From: the human T2T-CHM13v2.0 reference genome, Homo sapiens
NCBI RefSeq assembly: GCF_009914755.1
Contig: NC_060928.1
Strand: one strand, 5' to 3'
Length of the DNA: 64,000 nt
Shown: positions 57,348 to 64,000 of the stretch, piece by piece
Layout of the letters: each line of letters starts with the position of its first letter
Position numbering within the stretch: position 1 is the stretch's first letter
Position numbers and translations under genes: made by a program
Notes under the pieces: generated by a model
The model's database searches: none
The model's input: only the letters and a program-made list of their open reading frames with translations
What the model was told of the DNA's origin: nothing

Positions 57348-60295
57348 AGGCTTTTTAAAAAAAAATATGATAACAAAAGGTTTCAGTTAAGCCTTTTCAT
57401 ACTTGTAAAGTATTATCTAATTTATTGCTTATTCTTTACCACAACATTCAAAGTCTGGCTTTAAAACTCATTTTATAGTTGAAAAATGAACATACAAAGA
57501 GACAGAGTGCCCTTACTGACTTTCCAAAAACAACAAAAATAGCCTAACTCAGAGTTTCTCAGAAGTTTAAATATGTATATATGTATAAAACATATATATG
57601 TGTGTACTTTTTTTGTATACATATATATACACATTTATACATATATAAAAATATATATACATTTGTGCCTCAGTCATTAGCTTTATGCTGCATAGGTGTT
57701 TTTAGATGGCTGCTTAAATCCCCACATGTCAAATATATGTTCCTAAACAATCTTATAAAGTAACAACAATACAACGAAAGCAACAGCGGATATTAAAACT
57801 GGAAGAGGAGCTTGCACATATGCCAGCTTTGCCTTTAAGTTTGAAGAGGAAGAAGTAAGACTACCATAAATTAACTATATAGACCGATATAACCCTGAAG
57901 GAAACCAGACATTAAATCTAATTCTTCTGATCATGGATATAAATATACTATTGTATGCCACGTGAAAAATAATTTATTAGTTTACAGAGAAAAAGTATGC
58001 ATACTATTAAATTCTAAAACCATATGAATCTTACAGAAGGGCAATGGGTTAATCTAGGTGGCATTTTAAATGTTTTGTTTCAAAAAAATCAACAAATAAT
58101 ATCAAAAATCTTTTCATTTTTATGTTTTCTTGTACCTCCATTTGGATTGGAATGGATAATCTTCTCTTGTTTTAAAGCCATAGCACACATTTAAATTTTG
58201 CTACCATAAAGATAGCATTTCATTGCCTGGAGAATTAAATCAATTACCATAGATTAATACACTTTAATCCTCTAAGATATGCTACCTAATTCTAAATTTT
58301 CAACTGTGTTTGCTGTATTAACATTTAGTCTTTGATGCCAAATGACTAGGATATTTGTGGTTAGGAAATAATAACTCTAGAAAATATTTGTAAAAATGTC
58401 ATGCTCAGAGACAGTCTCTATCTTTTGCTTCTGTCAGGTTTGTTTTATTTCTGAACATCCTAAGTTAACTTTATTTTTTGCACCTCTTTGCTTGGTTAAA
58501 AAAAAATAAAGCAATAGCCAAATGGCAATTAAGAATAACAAATCCTGGGTATAAATTCCACCTTGACCCACAATCCAATGAGATTTATTGGGAGAGTAAT
58601 TTCCCAAATCTTTCCTTGAGTATAATCTAGATATAAGATACAAGAATAGCCAAATTCACTATTTTATAGGAAACAGGCTAATAGTTCTTAATGATTAATA
58701 TTTTATTTTATCATTTAGAGACCAAGTCCTCTGGACCAATTGGCCAGAGGCATTCATCTTCCTGCAGAATGCGGCAGACTAGGATTTATTACAGAAGGAA
58801 TTTTTAAAAAATGTAATATTCAGTTTTGTCATATATAAATTGATGAAACAAGACATTAGATGTGAGGATTAAATAATGTTGGATGAATACTTCTTTTTCC
58901 AAATTTACTTAACTTTCTTATCTTCTCAATACTCTGTATAACCATGACATTAAGGCTTCGGAGATATGTTACTCTATAGAACACAGTTGTAACATGGTTT
59001 TTTTTAAAGCAAACGTCTTTTTATTTTCTTGAGAATTAGTAGAAAGAAAGATACAAGGAGGAAGAGTGAATCAATCAGAGATGAGTAGACATTTTTCTTT
59101 TAAGTCTTTGGTTTGGTGAGCAGGAGATATATTACATGATGGAGTTAAGTGGAATGATAAGGAAAAGAACATATCTTCCCTTTTTTTCAGGAATTAAGAC
59201 AACTCTTGAGTCACCTTGTATGAAGCTTAAATGTAGCAAAAATAACTTGGCAAAATTCTGTGGAGCTGAGGTTACTTTCTCTGAGTTTTCCTCAGTTTTC
59301 ATCAGGAATGGATGCTGAATTGTCAGGCAATTACCTTTCATGAGGTACATTTTTTTAGGGAATATACAAAGATTGGGAGAAGACTGACCAACAGGAATGA
59401 ATGGAGCACTGCAAAGATAATCTGCAGGCTGAGTCAGTGGGAACCAAAGTTGAGTAGAGTCAGCCAGAGAAAGCTGTTAGGTCCTGTCTGAGCCATGAGT
59501 TGTGTCTCCTACAGAGCTTGCCATGAGTACTGTAGCCAAGAAGGCAGGTGGATGAAAGGATCCAGATCCATTAGATAGTATGTCATGCTATATTTCCTCT
59601 GCTGAGTTTCTCTAATAAGGAAGAGAAAGAAGAGGGAAAAGTAGGTAAAGTGTCTTTTAAAAATTCACACAACATGTAATTCATCAAGAAATAGAACACT
59701 TTTTATTTACACCTAGGTTTATTTTAGGTATTTGTAAGAACCTGTGTATCTCCAATCAGGCTACATTATCTCTGAATGCTTGTTCAGCTCTAAATTTCTA
59801 TAAAATATTTTATTTAAATTGGTTAGGGATGAAATGAAAACTTTAGACATAATCCTTGTCTTAATAAGTTTACTGCTTATTTAGGAAAAAGCAAAGACAA
59901 AAAGACATGTAATGTTAATATAAAGGCAAAATTGAATACCAATAATCACAATAATCAAAGAAATTAAAAAGATAGGCATAATTATTTAACATGAATCATG
60001 CAAGAAATGGGTATTAAAATTTTGGTACATGAATAATTTGGTAACATTTGAAGTTCTGTGTGAGGAATGTCAAGATACACCTTGATATATTTGCTCATTT
60101 ATACAACTCAATACTGTATGCTAGAAAATCTGTTATGCAGTGGGAAGTCAGAAGTAAATAAAGCAAAAGGAAAGTCTTGTCCTTAAGAAGCTTACAGTCT
60201 AAGCTTAAGAGAGACTAAACACAATAAACAAAGGAAGTACAAAGTTGGATTAGTGTGTTTGCAGATCGTTCATAATAAATGTTACGGGTGTAATA

Positions 60296-61530
60296 TAGAC
60301 ATGCAGTTCTTAACAGGGTTGTGGTCTGACAAGTGCATCATTAGGCAATTTTGTCATTGTGTGAACATCATAGAGTGTTCTCACACAAACATAGACTATA
60401 GCCTACTACACACCTAGGCTATGTGTGATAGCCTATTGCTCCTAGGCTACAAATGTATACAGCATGTTACTGTACTGAATACTATGAGAAGCTGTAAGAC
60501 AATGGTAAGTATTTGTGTATCTAAACGTAAGAAAGGTACAATAAAAATACAGTATAAGAGTTGAAACATGGTACATCAGTTACTATGAATGGAGATTGCA
60601 GGATGGGAAATTGTTCTTGGTGAGTCAGTGTGTGAGTGGTGAGTCAATGAGAAGGCCTAGGACATTACTGTATACTTCTCTACACCTTTTAAACACTGTA
60701 GAACTTAGGCTACAGTACATTTAAAAAGAAGGAACTTTTCTTTATTTAATAATAAAGTTAGCTTACTGTAATTGTTTCACTTTATAAACTTCTAAATTTT
60801 AACTTTTTGACTCTTTTGTAGTAACACAGCTTAAAGCACGAATATGTTGTACAGCTATACAAACAAGTTTTTATTTCTTTATGTCTTCATTGAATAATCT
60901 TGTTTCTATTTTCAAATGCAATTATTTTGTTTTTTACTTTTTAAACTTTTTGTTTAAAATGAAGGCACAAGCACATACATTAGCCTAGGCCTACACAAGG
61001 CCAGGATCATCAATATCCCCTGTCTTCCACCTTCACATCTTGTTCCACTGGATGACCTTCAGGGACAATAACATACATGGAGCTTTCATCCTTTATGATG
61101 ACAATGCCTTCTTCTAGCATACCTCCTGAAAATGTGCCTGAGACTGATTAACAGTTAACTTTAAAAAATATAAGTAGAAGGAGTCTAAAATAACAATAAA
61201 AATATAATATGCATAAATGACTAATAGTCTATTATTATTATTGTTATTGTATTATTATTATAAAATACATAAATGAGTACTTGTCTATTATTATCAAGTA
61301 TTATATACTATATGTAATTGTGTGTGCTATATTTTTATTCAACTCACAGCTCAGCAGGTTTGTTTACAACAGCATTGCCACAGACACATGAGTAATGCAT
61401 TGTGCTAGGGCATTATAACTACAAAATCACTAGGAGATAGTGATTTCTCAGCTCCATTATAATCCTATAGAACCGTAGTTGTATACACAGCCCATTGATT
61501 ACCAAAATGTTGTTATATGGCACATCAATG
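60296..61530 (+). mobile_element. Tigger3b-like (Golem/MER7B) DNA transposon relic, about 1.2 kb
   Basis: catcattaggcaattttgtcattgtgtgaacatcatagagtg...gcctactacacacctaggcta...ctcagctccattataatc...aaaatgttgttatatggcacat; decayed TIRs. Confidence 0.88.
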
Positions 61531-62014
61531 CACCTAGTTATTAATAAGGCTGGAAGTATGGAAGACTAGTAATTAATACTGAGACAAAGCAGGGTTCCTG
61601 AAGGGGAAAGTAATGGTATATTAAGCTGTAAACACTGGTAGTGGACAGACTTTTCAGTGTGCTGATGATTGGGCTCTGCAGTTTGGATTTTGTGTAATAG
61701 GTAGTGTGAAACTACTAAAAAATTCCAATCAAGGGAGTGGCATATTTAAAACTTCTATTTAGGAAGAAAGATCTAGTCAGAACCAACGGAGACAGGATAG
61801 AAACTTATACAATTACTGGAGCCCAGATAAATTTACATAGCAATGCAAGGTTATGTAAAGATCTTTTGCTACTTTGTATTACTAGAATTCCCCTAAAAGA
61901 GTTGTTGTTACAAAAGAGAAACTTGCTCTCAACGTCCTCCAATTTTGCAGAAATATCTGCAGAATGGGCAGGAGGATAAAATCAGGAAGATAAGAAACCT
62001 AGTTGATAATCTAT

Positions 62015-62165
62015 TTATTTGTTCATTTTATTGACTCATTCATTTATGAATTTCCTCACAAAATCTTTTTTGAGTACCTATAATGTACCAGGAATATGGT
62101 GAATGGTAGGAAACCATGATTAAGAAGACACGATGCCCCTTTGGGAGACATGAAATTCACACAAT
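62015..62165 (-). mobile_element. L2 3' end relic
   Basis: tcattcattt...ttttgagtacctataatgtaccagg...aagacacgatgcccct. Confidence 0.55.
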
Positions 62166-62211
62166 ATCCCTTCGGTGTAGCAATGGAAAGGGTAGAAGTA
62201 TGTTTTGAAGC

Positions 62212-62457
62212 AAAAGAGGAGGAGAGAAGAGAAGACAAAGAAGAGAAGAGAAGAGAAAAGGAGAGGAGAGGAGAAGGGAAGAGAAGAGAAGAGGAGAGGA
62301 GAGGAGAGGAGAGGCAGGGAGGAGAAGACAAAAAGAGAAGAGAAGAGAAAAGGAGAGGAGAGGAGAAGGGAAGAGAAGAGAAGAGGAGAGGAGAGGAGAG
62401 GAGAGGCAGGGAGGAGAAGAGAAGAGAAGAAAAGAGAAGAGAAGAGAAGAGAAGAGG
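62212..62457. repeat. GA-rich polypurine repeat (GAAGA/GGAGA pentamers) with a 92-93-bp higher-order duplication
   Basis: 246 nt with only four pyrimidines (C at 62236, 62315, 62329, 62407). Confidence 0.95.
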
Positions 62458-64000
62458 TGACTCACTATGTCTCTGAGAGGAAAAGGAGAACAAGAATCTT
62501 ACTCCCAAGAAATTGAGGATCAAGCTGAGTCTTTTCAAATAGTAAACAAAAGACTAGGAAAGGGGTAACAAAATGTCCACTGGGGAAAATATATCAGATA
62601 GATACGAGAAAAGAGGTTTAGTTTATGGCATTATTGGTGGAGGGAACTACCATGACAAAGGCTTTTCAGTCAATAATGGGTTTGTCTACAACTGTTGTTG
62701 AGGAAATAGAAAATAAAGCTTCTTTATGGAAATAATAATACATAATGAATATATCGTTGCTAGCTAAATCAGCCATGGTGAAAGAACTTTTGGTATGTCT
62801 AAGTGAACACTTTCAACCTAGAGTTGAAATACAATGACTGAATCATGGAAGAGGGGTCAGGAATGTAGATTTAAATGTGCAAGAAGAAACATAAGAAAGA
62901 CTTTTCTTTATGCTTAAAATTAAATATTTTTAAATTATTTTATTCATCCCAATGTCATAAGCACTGGAATTCAGCAAAACTTCTAACTAGACTTGGCAAT
63001 TAGGTAAATGATTTGTGTCTCCATTATTATTATTATATTTTGGTTTACTTCTTTTAACTCATAGGAAAAAATGAGGTAATTTAACTTTTTTTCCTAATTC
63101 TATTGTTTAAACTATATTACAGTTCAAATTATATCTTCCTTTATATTATACCTTTATAACCCTTAAAATCAGTATTTCAGACTGCCATATGATCTGAAGT
63201 AGCAAACAGGGAGACATCTTTTGCCAGATATTTGTTGTTTACATAAATATTTTTAAATTCTTCTTTTTCCTTTTCCAGAAATCCCTTTCACATTGAATGA
63301 AATTATGATTTTATAAAATTAGGAATAAAATACTAAAAGACCTCTCTTACAGATGTTTATACTGAAATAAAACGTAGGCAGTTTCTAGTTAAAATTCATC
63401 ATATTATAATTGTCCAGAGAACATTCTATAGGTTAGAGCTGTTTAAAGGTTGAATTGGACTTCTTCAGGAGGTAATGAGTTACTCATCAGGGAGAAACAG
63501 AATGAATTTAAAACATATGGTGACATTTATGAGCGTAGAGCTCTAAGTGAAATTATTGTTCAACATTACTCATGTGATTTGGACCTAAGTCTTTTTTAAC
63601 TACCTGAACTCTGTCTTTTATATCTCAAATATTTAATATTCATCAAAGTAACGATGTGATTTTTCATTAAGTAATGTTTAGCAAGCAAAAGTAAATACTC
63701 TCCTCCAAGTAAACAAACTAATAATATTCCTTCTTCAAGAATTATATGAAATTAAAAAAAACACAATTGTTAACTTACCATTCTATTTTTCTTTGTGCCA
63801 GAAACTTTTGGGTCTGGAAATCAAAGTTCTTTTAATTAAAATACTCCATCCAAACCTAGATTATACTGAGTGACTTCAGTTACTCTTTCAGAACTTGATA
63901 CTTTGGAGTGAGCAGAAATTCTTGAAACTGAGTGTTTAGGCATGTCCTTGGGCTGATTTAAACCTCTTGGGGTTAATGAAATAGAAACAAATTTGCCTTG

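Noticed and set aside
62056-62538. ORFs of 102-160 aa rich in E/R/K or S/L/F
   Set aside because: Translation of a stop-free GA simple repeat.

Overview
This window is AT-rich, repeat-dense, non-coding primate (human-like) genomic DNA, intergenic or deep intronic. I find no supportable protein-coding gene, RNA gene or CRISPR array; the listed ORFs are read-throughs of Alu, L1, LTR or low-complexity sequence. It holds about 9 Alu loci, young (L1PA) and old (L1M) LINE-1 pieces, L2/MIR relics, many MaLR/ERV LTRs (including one full-length THE1 with a perfect CCTAG target-site duplication), DNA transposon relics (MER58, MER2, Tigger3b) and simple repeats. Subfamily names come from my recall of consensus sequences, not from a search. 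The most notable structures are: (1) a twin-primed, 5'-inverted L1PA lacking about 1.7 kb of ORF2, with an apparent 44-nt 3' transduction inside its TSD; (2) a patchwork of locally templated copies at 28051-28163; (3) a 41-bp x8 minisatellite carrying an array of GATA motifs; (4) a fold-back duplication at 50696-50759; (5) a repeat-poor, homeodomain/MEIS/SOX-motif-rich candidate enhancer near 33.9-34.3 kb. I cannot support a novel multi-gene system here.
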